This document shows positions 8,106-17,592 of a DNA stretch of 36,247 nt, one piece after another. This stretch comes from a virus. Taxonomy: Duplodnaviria > Caudoviricetes. How positions within the stretch are numbered: position 1 is the first letter of the stretch; each line of letters begins with the position of its first letter. A program made the position numbers and the translations under genes. Where the stretch lies: positions 1 through 36,247 of the IMG/VR virus record IMGVR_UViG_3300020044_002592. One strand, given 5' to 3'. The notes under the pieces are model-generated. The model was not told the origin of the DNA. It did not search any database and saw only the letters and a program-made list of their open reading frames with translations.

Positions 8106-9926
8106 GTGGCGCGTATTTCAAACACTGATCTTTTGGCCCGTTATAAGGGCCATGTCTCCAAGTCGAAAAGGTGGAGGCGGGAAGAGAGTTTCGACGATAC
8201 TTGGCGACGGCTCATCGATATGTATCGGGGCCGTCATTACGAGTATGCCACTGATGAAGATCGTCTTCTGGTTAATATCGCTTTTGCGACGGTCAACGTG
8301 ATTAGCCCGAGTGTTTCGGTTAACTATCCTAAGATTGCTGTCAATGCGAGAAAATCAGAAGACGCTGCTCGTGCCATCATCACTGAGGCTGTTGTTAACT
8401 ACTGGTGGAAACACTATAAGGTTAAGCCTCATTTCCGTAGGGCTGTCAAGGACTTCCTGATTGTTGGGCATGCCTGGCTTAAGGTTGGCTATCGATACGT
8501 CGAAGAGGAGCAGATCGACTACGAAGGCGATTACTCCACTGTTGACGACGACAACTTGATTACCCCGACAATTATTGTCCGTGAGGACAGGCCGTTTGTT
8601 GAGCGTGTATCTCCGTTCGATGTTTTTGTTGACCCTGACGCTACTTCTGAGGATGACATGCGATGGATCGCTCAGCGTATCCGTCGCCCTTTGAAGGAGA
8701 TCAAGGCTGACAAGAGGTACAGTGTTGCTGCGAGGAACGATGTATCTCCAACAACTATTTCTCGTCATGTGGATGAGCCAGATCGTAAGAAGACTTGGGA
8801 TGAGTCACATCAGTATGCTGATGTGTGGGAGTTCTATGATCTGAAGGCTGGAACCATGGCAATTTTTGCTGATGGTGGAAGCCAGTTCTTGGTTAAGCCT
8901 ACGAAGATGCCGTATGCGTTTGGTCATCCTTTTGTGATGATGCGCAACTACGATGTCCCTGATCATTTCTATCCGATTGGTGACTTGGAGGCTATTGAGC
9001 CTTTGCAGCATGAGTTGAATGAGACTCGTACGCAGATGATGAACCATCGTAAGAGGTTCTCTCGTAAGTATCTGTTTAAGGAATCAGCGTTTGATGCTGA
9101 TGGTCGTTCTGCTCTTGAGTCGGACTATGACAATGTGATGGTTCCTGTTGCTGGCGACGAGAACTTGAGCAACGTGGTTGCTCCGTTCCCGTCTATCATT
9201 ACGCCACCCGAGTTTTATAACCAGTCAAATATGATTCAGGCTGACGTTGAGCAGATCTCTGGTGTTACTGAGTATCAGCGTGGTGGTTTGCCTGAGATCC
9301 GTCGTACTGCCACTGAGGCTGCCATCATGCAGGACGCTGCTAACGCTCGTGCTGCAGACAAGTTGGCTACCATCGAAGGCGTTATTGCTGCTGTTGCTGA
9401 TCGTCTTGTTGCGCTCGCACAGCAGTATCTGACTGGCGAGCAGGTTGCCCGTGTGGTCGGCAAGGACGGCGACACGGCGTGGGTGACTTTCGACAGCGAC
9501 TTTATCGCTGGAGAGTTCGACTTTGAAGTTGAGGCTGGTTCTACTGCCCCAGTGAATGAGTCATTCCGTCGCCAGATGGCACTTCAGATGGTGGATGCTA
9601 TGGCCCCGTTTGCTTCTGCTGGCATCGTGAACATGCAGAAGTTGGCTTCTCATGTTCTGCAGTTTGGTTTTGGTGTGAAGACTCCTGACGAGTTTTTGCA
9701 GGCTCCACCTCCTCCTATGCCTGAACCTGGCATGGAGCAGGGTGGTATGCCACCCGAGATGCAGGGCATGCCCCCAGAGATGGGTGGTATGCCTCCTGAA
9801 ATGTCTGGTGGTATGCCAGAGATCATCGCCCCACCTTCGGCTACGCCTAGTGGGTTAAGTGGTGTAGACCCTGCTGTTCTTGCTGCTTTGTCGTCGCGAT
9901 TAGGTATAGGTCTACCCAACTTGTAG
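8106..9926 (+). CDS. Portal protein (P22/SU10-like)
   Basis: 606 aa between terL and scaffold; 'ERVSPFDVFVDPDA', 'RTATEA', 'EFDFEVEAGS'; Pro/Met/Gly-rich tail. Confidence 0.9.
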   Translation: MARISNTDLLARYKGHVSKSKRWRREESFDDTWRRLIDMYRGRHYEYATDEDRLLVNIAFATVNVISPSVSVNYPKIAVNARKSEDAARAIITEAVVNYWWKHYKVKPHFRRAVKDFLIVGHAWLKVGYRYVEEEQIDYEGDYSTVDDDNLITPTIIVREDRPFVERVSPFDVFVDPDATSEDDMRWIAQRIRRPLKEIKADKRYSVAARNDVSPTTISRHVDEPDRKKTWDESHQYADVWEFYDLKAGTMAIFADGGSQFLVKPTKMPYAFGHPFVMMRNYDVPDHFYPIGDLEAIEPLQHELNETRTQMMNHRKRFSRKYLFKESAFDADGRSALESDYDNVMVPVAGDENLSNVVAPFPSIITPPEFYNQSNMIQADVEQISGVTEYQRGGLPEIRRTATEAAIMQDAANARAADKLATIEGVIAAVADRLVALAQQYLTGEQVARVVGKDGDTAWVTFDSDFIAGEFDFEVEAGSTAPVNESFRRQMALQMVDAMAPFASAGIVNMQKLASHVLQFGFGVKTPDEFLQAPPPPMPEPGMEQGGMPPEMQGMPPEMGGMPPEMSGGMPEIIAPPSATPSGLSGVDPAVLAALSSRLGIGLPNL

Positions 9927-9963
9927 CCCCTCGTGTTTTGGCAGTTTGACCCCCTCGTGTTTT
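9927..9963 (+). repeat. 13-bp direct repeat CCCCTCGTGTTTT x2 (9927-9939, 9951-9963)
   Basis: Read directly. Confidence 0.85.
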
Positions 9964-9975
9964 ATGGGTTTTCAT

Positions 9976-9999
9976 GTAACGCCTAGTCACTGTATATAG
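9976..9999 (+). promoter_or_regulatory. Putative late promoter GTAACG-N11-TATA upstream of scaffold/capsid
   Basis: Motif copy in the intergenic region; AGGAG SD downstream. Confidence 0.55.
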
Positions 10000-10028
10000 A
10001 GCAACCAACTAGGACTCTAGGAGTAGTA

Positions 10029-10820
10029 GTGACTGACATATCTGAAGTCCCCGATATCAACCCCACGGAAAGTGGACAAGTCGGAGAGGTGGACGGCGAA
10101 GCCCCCGATGCTGGTGGCCCTGATCTAAACATAGATGATTTCGCGAATCATTATGTGACTGTCAAAGTTGACGGTGAAGAGATCAAGGTTCCTCTTTCGG
10201 AGGCAGTGGCTGGTTACAGCCGTCAAGCGGACTATACCCGCAAGACGCAGGAACTGGCTCAGCAACGACAAGAGTTGCAGTGGGCGAATGCGATTCGTGA
10301 AGCCTTGGATAGCAACCCTGCTCAAACAATCGATTTACTAGCACAACATTATGGGATTTCTAGACAGGAGGCCCAGACGATGGCTGATGAATTTGATTGG
10401 GGTAGCACGGAGAGCGATCCGATTGAATCCAAGATGACCGACCTTGATAAGAGGATTCGGGCCTTTGAGGAGCAGCAGGCTTACGACCAGTTGGAGCGCA
10501 CTGTTCAGACGTTGCAAAGTAAATACGGCGAAGACTTCGATGCCAATGAGGTTATTGCTGCTGCGCTTGCTCGTGGCACTAATGATCTTGAATCTACCTA
10601 TAAGCAGATTGCTTACGACCGTCTGGTCGCTAAGGCCGAAGCCACCAAGAAGGTGGCTGCGGACAAGGCAGCCAAGGAAGAAGCAGTTGTTGAGTCCAAA
10701 CGATCCGCTAGTGCGGTGTCGGGTGGGTCTTCTGCGAAGGGTGGGGGTGACGAGGTTGGAGCCATCCGCTCAATCTCTGATGCTTGGGCTGCTGCGAAAC
10801 GGCAGTACAACATCACTTAA
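10029..10820 (+). CDS. Capsid scaffolding protein
   Basis: Acidic N-terminus, 'VKVDGEEIKVPLSEAVAGYSRQADYTRKTQELA' scaffold signature; directly upstream of MCP. Confidence 0.9.
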   Translation: MTDISEVPDINPTESGQVGEVDGEAPDAGGPDLNIDDFANHYVTVKVDGEEIKVPLSEAVAGYSRQADYTRKTQELAQQRQELQWANAIREALDSNPAQTIDLLAQHYGISRQEAQTMADEFDWGSTESDPIESKMTDLDKRIRAFEEQQAYDQLERTVQTLQSKYGEDFDANEVIAAALARGTNDLESTYKQIAYDRLVAKAEATKKVAADKAAKEEAVVESKRSASAVSGGSSAKGGGDEVGAIRSISDAWAAAKRQYNIT

Positions 10821-10838
10821 CCTACTTAAGGATTCCAA

Positions 10839-11777
10839 ATGTCTAACCCGAATTTCGACACACTTCTATCAACTACGCTTGCTAACTATCGCAAGCAACT
10901 GACCGACAACGTGTTCACTGCACGTCCTCTTACCTATTTCTTGATGGATAAGGGCCGTATCCGCATGCTGGATGGTGGAACCAAAATCGTTGAGCCTTTG
11001 ATCTATGGCACTAACACCAGTGCTGGTTCATACGCTGGCTATGACCCCATCAACATCGACGCTCAGGGTGGCATCACTGCTGCCGAGTACGAATGGAAGC
11101 AGTACGCTACTTCCATCGCTATCTCTGGCATCGAAGAGGCCAAGAACAACGGCGAGCAGGCTGTGTTGAACCTTCTGGAAGCCAAGATCATGCAGGCTGA
11201 AGAAACCATGAAGGAAAAGTTCAATCAGATGTTCTTCGCTGACGGCACTGGCAACAGTGGCAAGGACTGGAACGGCTTGGGCAACCTTGTCGAAGCCAGC
11301 GGAACTGTTGGTGGCATTAACCGTGCAACTGCTGGAAACGAATACTGGCGTTCATACGAAGAGAACACTGCTGGTGCTTTGACACTCGCTCAAATGAGCA
11401 CTGCCTACAACACTGTGTCGGTTGGTAATGACCATCCTGACATGGTGCTCACGACTCAGACTCTCTTTGAGAAGTATGAGTCGCTGTTGCAGCCTCAACT
11501 GCGCTACACGGACACCAAGACGGCAGACGCTGGATTCCAGAACCTGTTGTTCAAGGCTGCTCCTGTTGCTTACGACGTGCATTGCACTGCTGGTGTTGTG
11601 TACTTCTTGAACAGCAAGTACCTCACCTTGGTGGGTCACAGTGGCAAGTGGTTCGCTCAGACCGAGTTCACTCGTCCTGAGAACTTGGACGCTCGCTATG
11701 CCCTCATCATGGCTTACGGCAACCTCACTTGCCGTAACGCCAAGAAGCAGGGCAAGTTGACGGCTAAGACCGCCTGA
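10839..11777 (+). CDS. Major capsid protein
   Basis: 312 aa after scaffold; 'STTLANYRKQLTDNVF', 'GTVGGI', 'GFQNLLF', 'YGNLTCRN'; AAGGA SD; terminator downstream. Confidence 0.9.
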   Translation: MSNPNFDTLLSTTLANYRKQLTDNVFTARPLTYFLMDKGRIRMLDGGTKIVEPLIYGTNTSAGSYAGYDPINIDAQGGITAAEYEWKQYATSIAISGIEEAKNNGEQAVLNLLEAKIMQAEETMKEKFNQMFFADGTGNSGKDWNGLGNLVEASGTVGGINRATAGNEYWRSYEENTAGALTLAQMSTAYNTVSVGNDHPDMVLTTQTLFEKYESLLQPQLRYTDTKTADAGFQNLLFKAAPVAYDVHCTAGVVYFLNSKYLTLVGHSGKWFAQTEFTRPENLDARYALIMAYGNLTCRNAKKQGKLTAKTA

Positions 11778-11790
11778 TAAAAGTTGATTG

Positions 11791-11818
11791 TGTGGGGCGG
11801 GAAACCGCCCCACATTTT
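11791..11818 (+). terminator. Intrinsic terminator after MCP
   Basis: 10-bp stem TGTGGGGCGG / CCGCCCCACA with GAAA loop followed by TTTT. Confidence 0.85.
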
Positions 11819-11849
11819 CATTGTCCGTACAAAAGAAAGAGAATCCCTC

Positions 11850-12086
11850 ATGCCCAAGGTAAATGGCAAATCTTTTCCTTACACGCCTGCTGGTAAGGCT
11901 GCTGCAGCGAAGGCTGCTGCTGGCCCCGCTAACCCTGCTTTAAAGGGTTCCGCTACTGGCATGCAAAAGAAGGCTGCTGGCATGGCTAAGCGTACTGCTA
12001 ACAAGCCTGTGGTTGCTCCTGCTGGGGCAAAGAAGAAGAAGGCTGGGCCAACTATTGGTTCTGGCAAAAAGGGAATGTATTACTGA
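11850..12086 (+). CDS. Small Lys/Ala-rich protein (MPKVNGKSFPYT...)
   Basis: 'MPKV.GK.FPYT..GK.AA' is a recurrent small basic phage protein; ATG 11850 preferred over 11784, which would span the terminator. Confidence 0.75.
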   Translation: MPKVNGKSFPYTPAGKAAAAKAAAGPANPALKGSATGMQKKAAGMAKRTANKPVVAPAGAKKKKAGPTIGSGKKGMYY

Positions 12087-12108
12087 GTAACGATTTCTTC
12101 TTGTAGTG
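12087..12108 (+). promoter_or_regulatory. Putative late promoter element GTAACG-N11-TAGTG-ATG
   Basis: Motif fills the whole intergenic gap; no SD. Confidence 0.6.
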
Positions 12109-12339
12109 ATGGCTGGAGTACCTGTTTATTCACTATATGGAGAGTCCGCTTTTCGGGGCGCACGTCCTTTCGCTACTGCTGATGCTACCTCTGCCCCTCC
12201 TGGGGGCATGGAGTATGCGGGGCATACACGCTGTATGGCTAATGAAGGCACTTGTCAGGGTGCTAAAGCCAAGGGGACTGATTTATGTATCGGTCATTTG
12301 CGTCAGAAGGCAAAGGAGATCGCTGATGGATCTGGCTGA
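12109..12339 (+). CDS. Small protein with C-x6-C-x10-C-x2-H zinc-finger-like motif
   Basis: 'RCMANEGTCQGAKAKGTDLCIGH'. Confidence 0.7.
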   Translation: MAGVPVYSLYGESAFRGARPFATADATSAPPGGMEYAGHTRCMANEGTCQGAKAKGTDLCIGHLRQKAKEIADGSG

Positions 12340-13006
12340 TATTCGTTCTAAGGTTCGTACTGTTGTCGACATGGACACAGTCGACCTTCCTAATGATCTG
12401 TTGGACATGTATGTCCGTGACGGGTATGACAGGATGATGGCAATCGAAAGGCGTTGGCCTTTCTTGCAGACTTCTGCGACTTTGTCCACTGTCGCTAATC
12501 AGCGAGAGTATCTGCTTTCCTCTATTGGTGCTGGGAACTTTTCTGACATTATTTCTATTTTTGACGGGTCTGGTATTGGTGCTCGTTTGACTTTGGTTTC
12601 TCATGATGATGCTGAGGCGACGTGGGGTGGCGATCCTGAGGCCACTGGTCGTCCTATGCATTATTCGATTTGGGAAAGCAAGTTGAATCTTTGGCCTATG
12701 CCGAATGGTGTGTTCACTTTGTCGCTGCGAGGGTATCGCAAACCAATTGATTGGACTGCGAATACCACTACTGAGGTTGATGCTGATGCCAGGTTGCATC
12801 AGGCTTTGGTGTACTACGCAATTTCGCAGGTGTACCAATTGCAAGAGGATGTTCAGTTGGCTGCGTTTTATCGTTCTTCGTTTGATGAGAACGTGCGTCT
12901 TGTTGCTTCTGACATTATGAAGCCTTCTTCTCATCGTCCTATGATTTTGTCGGGTCAGCCTTTCCATGATTCAAATGGTTTCTACCAGTACCCGTCTTAT
13001 TACTGA
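12326..13006 (+). CDS. Head-tail adaptor / tail tubular protein A-like
   Basis: ATG 12326 after AAGGAG; 'RRWPFL', 'GRPMHYSIW..LNLWPMP', 'HQALVYYA' typical of podovirus adaptors. Confidence 0.8.
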   Translation: MDLADIRSKVRTVVDMDTVDLPNDLLDMYVRDGYDRMMAIERRWPFLQTSATLSTVANQREYLLSSIGAGNFSDIISIFDGSGIGARLTLVSHDDAEATWGGDPEATGRPMHYSIWESKLNLWPMPNGVFTLSLRGYRKPIDWTANTTTEVDADARLHQALVYYAISQVYQLQEDVQLAAFYRSSFDENVRLVASDIMKPSSHRPMILSGQPFHDSNGFYQYPSYY

Positions 13007-14652
13007 TGCTGTCTACGATTGTAACGAACGATTTCACTGGCGGTTTGAATTATCGTGCTGACGCTTTCCAGTTGGCTGATAATGAATCTCCTGACTTGTT
13101 GAACATCGACATCGACCCTCGTGGCGGGTTCTCGTCTCGTGGTGGCATGAGTACCTATAACAGTGATGCTATTGGTTCGATTGCTGCTGGTGCTTTTACT
13201 CCTCGTCGTTTGTTCCCTTGGGATGGGGCTTATAAGCAGTTGTTGTTTTCTTCTAATGGGAAGATCTTTTGGACTGATTATGGTTCGATGTCTGCGTCGA
13301 TTGGAGATACTGATAATCCTTTTGGTGCGTTCTTTACTTCGTGGACTGTTGGTGTTGCTTCTAGTGTTTATATCGCTAGGGGTCATGGTTATAACGGAAT
13401 GAAGTGGAGTGGCACTGCTGCTACGACATTGACTGCGTCTGGTACTGGTGCTTGGCAGTCTTCTTATGCTTCGCCTACTGGTACTCATATGCCGAGGGCG
13501 AATCTGTGCGCTACGCATATTGACAGATTGTGGGTGGCTGATACTTATGAGGGTACTTCTGCTTATCCGAACAGAATTCGTTGGTCGCATCCGAGTGTTG
13601 CGGAGTCGTGGCGTGAGGAAGATTACATCGATGTGGTTGGTGGAGGTTCGGGAATCACGGCACTTGTGCCTTTTGGTGATCAACTTCTTATCTTCAAGAA
13701 GCGAGCAGTGTTTGCTCTCCTCGGTTATGACGAGGAGACGTTCCAGTTGGTTCCGCTCACACGGGAGATAGGTGCTGAGAATCCTCAGTGTATCGCTGTG
13801 TCGGAGCAGGGTGTTTTCTTTTTCTCTTGGCCTGATGGTTTGTTTGTTTATAACGGTCAGAGTTTCACTGATTTGTTTGCTGTGTTGCGTCCGTTGATTC
13901 AGGCTGGTGAAATTACTGAGGGTTCTCTGGCTGGTATTTATGTGTCGTGGGTTGACCGTAAACTAATGATTTCTTTCCCGTTGGGTACTGACCCTGTTGC
14001 TGTTGAAACTTATAACCAATCGTCTATTACTTACGATAGTACTGAGTTTAAGTATGGTGGCAAGGAGCGTGCGACTGCCCCCACTGCGACGTTCGTTTGG
14101 GACTCCTCCATCAGTGAGGGTGGCGCTTGGACGAAGTATGTGTGTGGTGACGGCTATGGCATTTCATGTGCGGTCAACTTTGTGCAGCCTGACGGTGCTC
14201 GTGTGTCTGTCGCTGCTCATCCTTATCAGCCTGTCCTTTTGAACATTAATCAGGAGGAGTTGCATTCTGATTACATCAATGGGACTACCTATGATTTTGT
14301 TTCGTACTTCGTGACGAAGTGGCAGGACGGCGAGAACATTAATGCCAGGAAGTTCTGGCGACGACCTGAGATGGTCGTGCGCCAGTTGGGCGAGGACACC
14401 ACTATCGATGTTGCTGTCTATCACGATTGGGATAGAACTGAGGCTGATAGGTCTTTCCAGATTACTTTGGCTGGGGAAACGATCACTGGTGGGTATGAGT
14501 CTTGGGGTCGCCCCGATCTCGGGGCTGACCTAGTGAAGGGCTACAACCTTGGTCTTTGCAACTCTGTACAGTTAAAGATTTCTGCGTCTGGTATCCCGTG
14601 GGGTATTAACGCTATCACCTACAAGTTTAACCCTCGTAAGGTTCGCCTCTGA
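13006..14652 (+). CDS. Tail nozzle / tail tubular protein B (P22 gp10-like, beta-propeller)
   Basis: 'DFTGGLN...NESPDLLNIDID.RGG', 'RLWVA', 'RIRWS', 'ITALVPFGDQLLIFK'. Confidence 0.85.
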   Translation: MLSTIVTNDFTGGLNYRADAFQLADNESPDLLNIDIDPRGGFSSRGGMSTYNSDAIGSIAAGAFTPRRLFPWDGAYKQLLFSSNGKIFWTDYGSMSASIGDTDNPFGAFFTSWTVGVASSVYIARGHGYNGMKWSGTAATTLTASGTGAWQSSYASPTGTHMPRANLCATHIDRLWVADTYEGTSAYPNRIRWSHPSVAESWREEDYIDVVGGGSGITALVPFGDQLLIFKKRAVFALLGYDEETFQLVPLTREIGAENPQCIAVSEQGVFFFSWPDGLFVYNGQSFTDLFAVLRPLIQAGEITEGSLAGIYVSWVDRKLMISFPLGTDPVAVETYNQSSITYDSTEFKYGGKERATAPTATFVWDSSISEGGAWTKYVCGDGYGISCAVNFVQPDGARVSVAAHPYQPVLLNINQEELHSDYINGTTYDFVSYFVTKWQDGENINARKFWRRPEMVVRQLGEDTTIDVAVYHDWDRTEADRSFQITLAGETITGGYESWGRPDLGADLVKGYNLGLCNSVQLKISASGIPWGINAITYKFNPRKVRL

Positions 14653-15017
14653 TGGCACGCAAGTTGTGGACTGCGCCGACACAGGGGTTCTTGACTGGGG
14701 AGAACAGCCGTTTTCTCGGCATTATCTTTAGGACTTTGAATGAATATTTTAGGACTCATATCGGCTTTTGGGGTGAGGCTACTGGAACTACTGATGCTAA
14801 TGGCAGGGTGGTTTTTGCTATTGACTGCGGTTTTGAGCCAAGCACTGTCCTGATCTCGGAGTTTTTCGTGGATGGTTCGGCCCATGATATGGGGCCGTGC
14901 CACATCCACTCTCATACTGCGACGACGTTGGATGTCCACTTCTTGACGAAGTCTGGTCAGGATCGGGCTACCCATGAAGTGAAGATTTCATATCTTTTCC
15001 TGCCGTTTACCAGTTAA
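14652..15017 (+). CDS. Hypothetical tail-associated protein
   Basis: TGATG-coupled to the nozzle gene; 121 aa. Confidence 0.7.
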   Translation: MARKLWTAPTQGFLTGENSRFLGIIFRTLNEYFRTHIGFWGEATGTTDANGRVVFAIDCGFEPSTVLISEFFVDGSAHDMGPCHIHSHTATTLDVHFLTKSGQDRATHEVKISYLFLPFTS

Positions 15018-15035
15018 CGCTGAAGGGTATTAGTG
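15015..15035 (+). promoter_or_regulatory. Putative late promoter element TAACG-N11-TAGTG-ATG (its TAA is the upstream stop)
   Basis: Same spacing as the copies at 7439 and 12087. Confidence 0.55.
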
Positions 15036-15470
15036 ATGGCTTTATATACAGATTTGGGGCTTGCCTGGTCGGGTGGGCAGAGGAGTGCAGCGAAGAAGCG
15101 TGACGCTTCTCTCGCCATGAATGCCTATTCCCGTTTCTTGTCGCAGCAAAGAGGTAACCGTCAGGCTATGGACATCGACACTCAGGCTACTCGGGGCTTG
15201 GGGAAGTTGGCTGCTTCGTATGCTCAGCGTGGTCTTTCTAATAGTGGTATTCGTTCTGCTGGGGTGGGTGAGTATGGCGCTGGTTGGCAGCGCCAGAAGC
15301 AGGATGTGTATCAGCAGATGGCTGAGGATCGTCAGCAGTTGGATCTTGAACAGGCTGCTGCTGTTGCCGAGTACGACGACATCATTCAGCAGTTGAATCG
15401 TGAGAAGGAGCAGCGGATTATTCAGGCTGCTGCAATGTTGGAAGGCTTCAAGCCGTTTTTAGGGAGTTGA
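15036..15470 (+). CDS. Putative internal virion/ejection protein
   Basis: Helical A/Q-rich; 'AQRGLSNSG' motif common in podovirus ejection proteins; position after nozzle. Confidence 0.65.
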   Translation: MALYTDLGLAWSGGQRSAAKKRDASLAMNAYSRFLSQQRGNRQAMDIDTQATRGLGKLAASYAQRGLSNSGIRSAGVGEYGAGWQRQKQDVYQQMAEDRQQLDLEQAAAVAEYDDIIQQLNREKEQRIIQAAAMLEGFKPFLGS

Positions 15471-16276
15471 TTATGGTAGACGAACGACGAGTTATTTATC
15501 CGAAACCGACTATCGCTGGTGTGAACTATGCGAATCCGTGGACGATGATGAACGCTCTCAAGCCCCCAACGCCCACCACGTCGACTACTCCATCTAGAAC
15601 TACTTCTACTGGTGTTGTTCCTTCTACTACTAGCAGCACTTTGGCTTCGGCTCTTGCGCCGAAGCCTTCGACTACTCCTAATAATGTTGCGGAGTTGCGT
15701 GCTTTGTATGCGAAGGCGTTGGCTGAGTTGACTCGTCAGCAGGGTGTTGGTCGGGAGAACATTGCTGGTTCTGTTTCTCGGATGAAGGCAGACCCGATGA
15801 ACACGGCGAATGCTTATGCTGCTTTGCAGGGAGTGAATCCTCGTGTCGCTGCTAATCCGATTGCGGAGTATGCGTCTGCTACTGGTGTTTCTGATTCTGC
15901 TGCTCGTGCTGCTCAGGGGATGGCTGAGTCTGATGCTGCTGCTTACCAGGCTGTTTCACAGAACATTGCTGACATCATGCGTACTTCTCAGGAGGCTGCG
16001 AATCAGAGTCGTATGGCTGATATTGGTTTGATTGAGACTGGTGGTACTCAGGATCTTGAGAGTCAGGCGAACATGTTGAACTTGTTGTTGAAGCAGGGTG
16101 AGATTGGTTCGGTTACTGGTTTGCAGCAACGCAATCTTGAGAATGAGATTGCGATGCGTAATGCTTTGACTGGTCAGGTGTCGAACATTTTCGCTGGGCA
16201 GGATGTTGCGCCTGAGTCGATCCTCAAGTTGATTGAGGCGACGATGGCTAAGTTAAATATGAATCGTTGGGCGTGA
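15467..16276 (+). CDS. Putative internal virion/ejection protein
   Basis: 269 aa, Thr/Pro linker then A/Q-rich helices; start TTG 15467 or ATG 15473. Confidence 0.65.
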   Translation: MIMVDERRVIYPKPTIAGVNYANPWTMMNALKPPTPTTSTTPSRTTSTGVVPSTTSSTLASALAPKPSTTPNNVAELRALYAKALAELTRQQGVGRENIAGSVSRMKADPMNTANAYAALQGVNPRVAANPIAEYASATGVSDSAARAAQGMAESDAAAYQAVSQNIADIMRTSQEAANQSRMADIGLIETGGTQDLESQANMLNLLLKQGEIGSVTGLQQRNLENEIAMRNALTGQVSNIFAGQDVAPESILKLIEATMAKLNMNRWA

Positions 16277-16284
16277 GGTAGACG

Positions 16285-17592
16285 ATGAGCGATCCAGGTT
16301 TCTACGACGAGGATTATTTCTCTAGCACTTCTGCTGGTTCCAATATCAGTGCCATGAATAGCCTTTTAGGCTTGATGGGTAATCCTCTGTTTTTGTATAC
16401 GCAGGGTGTTATTACTCCTGAGATGTTGTTGGAATCTGTTCGTCAGTCGACTTCTGAGGTAGTTGACATGTCTGGTGCTGACTTCAAATCTTTGGAGGCT
16501 GCTGCCGAAGGCGATGACGCTTTGTCTACTGGCTATGAGATGTTGAAGCGTGGCTATTCGATTTCGTCGATTATGCGCACGTTGACGAAGCAGGCTGGGG
16601 ATGCTGGTCGGGATGACAGTATTTCGATGAAGCAGTTGGAGTATGTCGAAGATGATTTGAATGAGTTCAAGAAGCGTTGGGACGCTGCCCAGGATGCGTT
16701 CGCTAAGGTTGAGTCTGGCGAGTATTACTACGATGGTGATGTTCTTCGTGGTCGCATGGAGACTGGCAAGGCCATGGATGTCCTTGCTCAGATGGGTTTG
16801 CCTAAGTTCTTACAGAATCCGATGATGTGGGAAGTTGTTGGAGATCCAGAGTTGTTGGCTCGTGCTTCTGTCAAAAACAAGGAAGCGACGGCAATCCTTG
16901 AGGGTCTTGCTGGTGTTGTCGATCAGCAGACAGGAATGTTGACCCCTTCGTATTCCCGCAAGATGTCGAAGGATGTCCAAAAAACTGGTGTTGACGTTTA
17001 TCAGGAGTTTTTGAAGAAGACCCCTGAGGGTCGTAAGACTTTGGAGAAGGTGACGGCTCCTCGTGAGGGTGAGAAGTCTGGTCTTTCTAAGTTGATTGGT
17101 TTGACTTCTGTGTTAAGTCCTGCTGTTGGTGCTGTGAGGACTGCTGCAAAGACTGTCAGCAAGATTGCTGGTGGCGATGGGATGAGTTTGCTCAAGCCTT
17201 CTGCCCCTATCCCCGTGAAAGCCCTTGTCGCTGCTGCGGGTGGTGGCACTGCGAATAAGGACAAGGTTGATCAGAACGATTACTGGGCGAAAATGGCTGG
17301 CTCGTATGCTGCTCGTGCCAAGTACGAGGAGGAGCGTAAGCCGATTTCGGATTTGCAGCGCCGTGCTGCTGAAGCCAGGGCTGCTGCTGACAAAATTATC
17401 GCTGAAGCAAAAGCCAGGGGCGCTACTACTGCTCCTGCGTTTCAGTTCATTCAGGCTGCTTTGCCCAATGCTTATGCTTTGACAGCGCCTGCTCCTCGTG
17501 CTGGGGCTGCTGGGCCGAGGCAGATGCGCAATCTTTCTGATGAAGAGATCAACACGATGTCGTCGATGTTGGCGTATGGGAGCAATGCGTAG
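16285..17592 (+). CDS. Putative internal virion/ejection protein
   Basis: 435 aa helical; GAGGT SD; synteny. Confidence 0.65.
   Translation: MSDPGFYDEDYFSSTSAGSNISAMNSLLGLMGNPLFLYTQGVITPEMLLESVRQSTSEVVDMSGADFKSLEAAAEGDDALSTGYEMLKRGYSISSIMRTLTKQAGDAGRDDSISMKQLEYVEDDLNEFKKRWDAAQDAFAKVESGEYYYDGDVLRGRMETGKAMDVLAQMGLPKFLQNPMMWEVVGDPELLARASVKNKEATAILEGLAGVVDQQTGMLTPSYSRKMSKDVQKTGVDVYQEFLKKTPEGRKTLEKVTAPREGEKSGLSKLIGLTSVLSPAVGAVRTAAKTVSKIAGGDGMSLLKPSAPIPVKALVAAAGGGTANKDKVDQNDYWAKMAGSYAARAKYEEERKPISDLQRRAAEARAAADKIIAEAKARGATTAPAFQFIQAALPNAYALTAPAPRAGAAGPRQMRNLSDEEINTMSSMLAYGSNA

Noticed and set aside
9700-9830. PPEM(G)GM repeats at the portal C-terminus as a DNA repeat array
   Set aside because: Low-complexity disordered tail common in podovirus portals; in frame and without spacers
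13021-13040. Intragenic GTAACG copies (13021, 23757, 35760)
   Set aside because: They lack the TAGT-like element at the fixed spacing or an adjacent gene start
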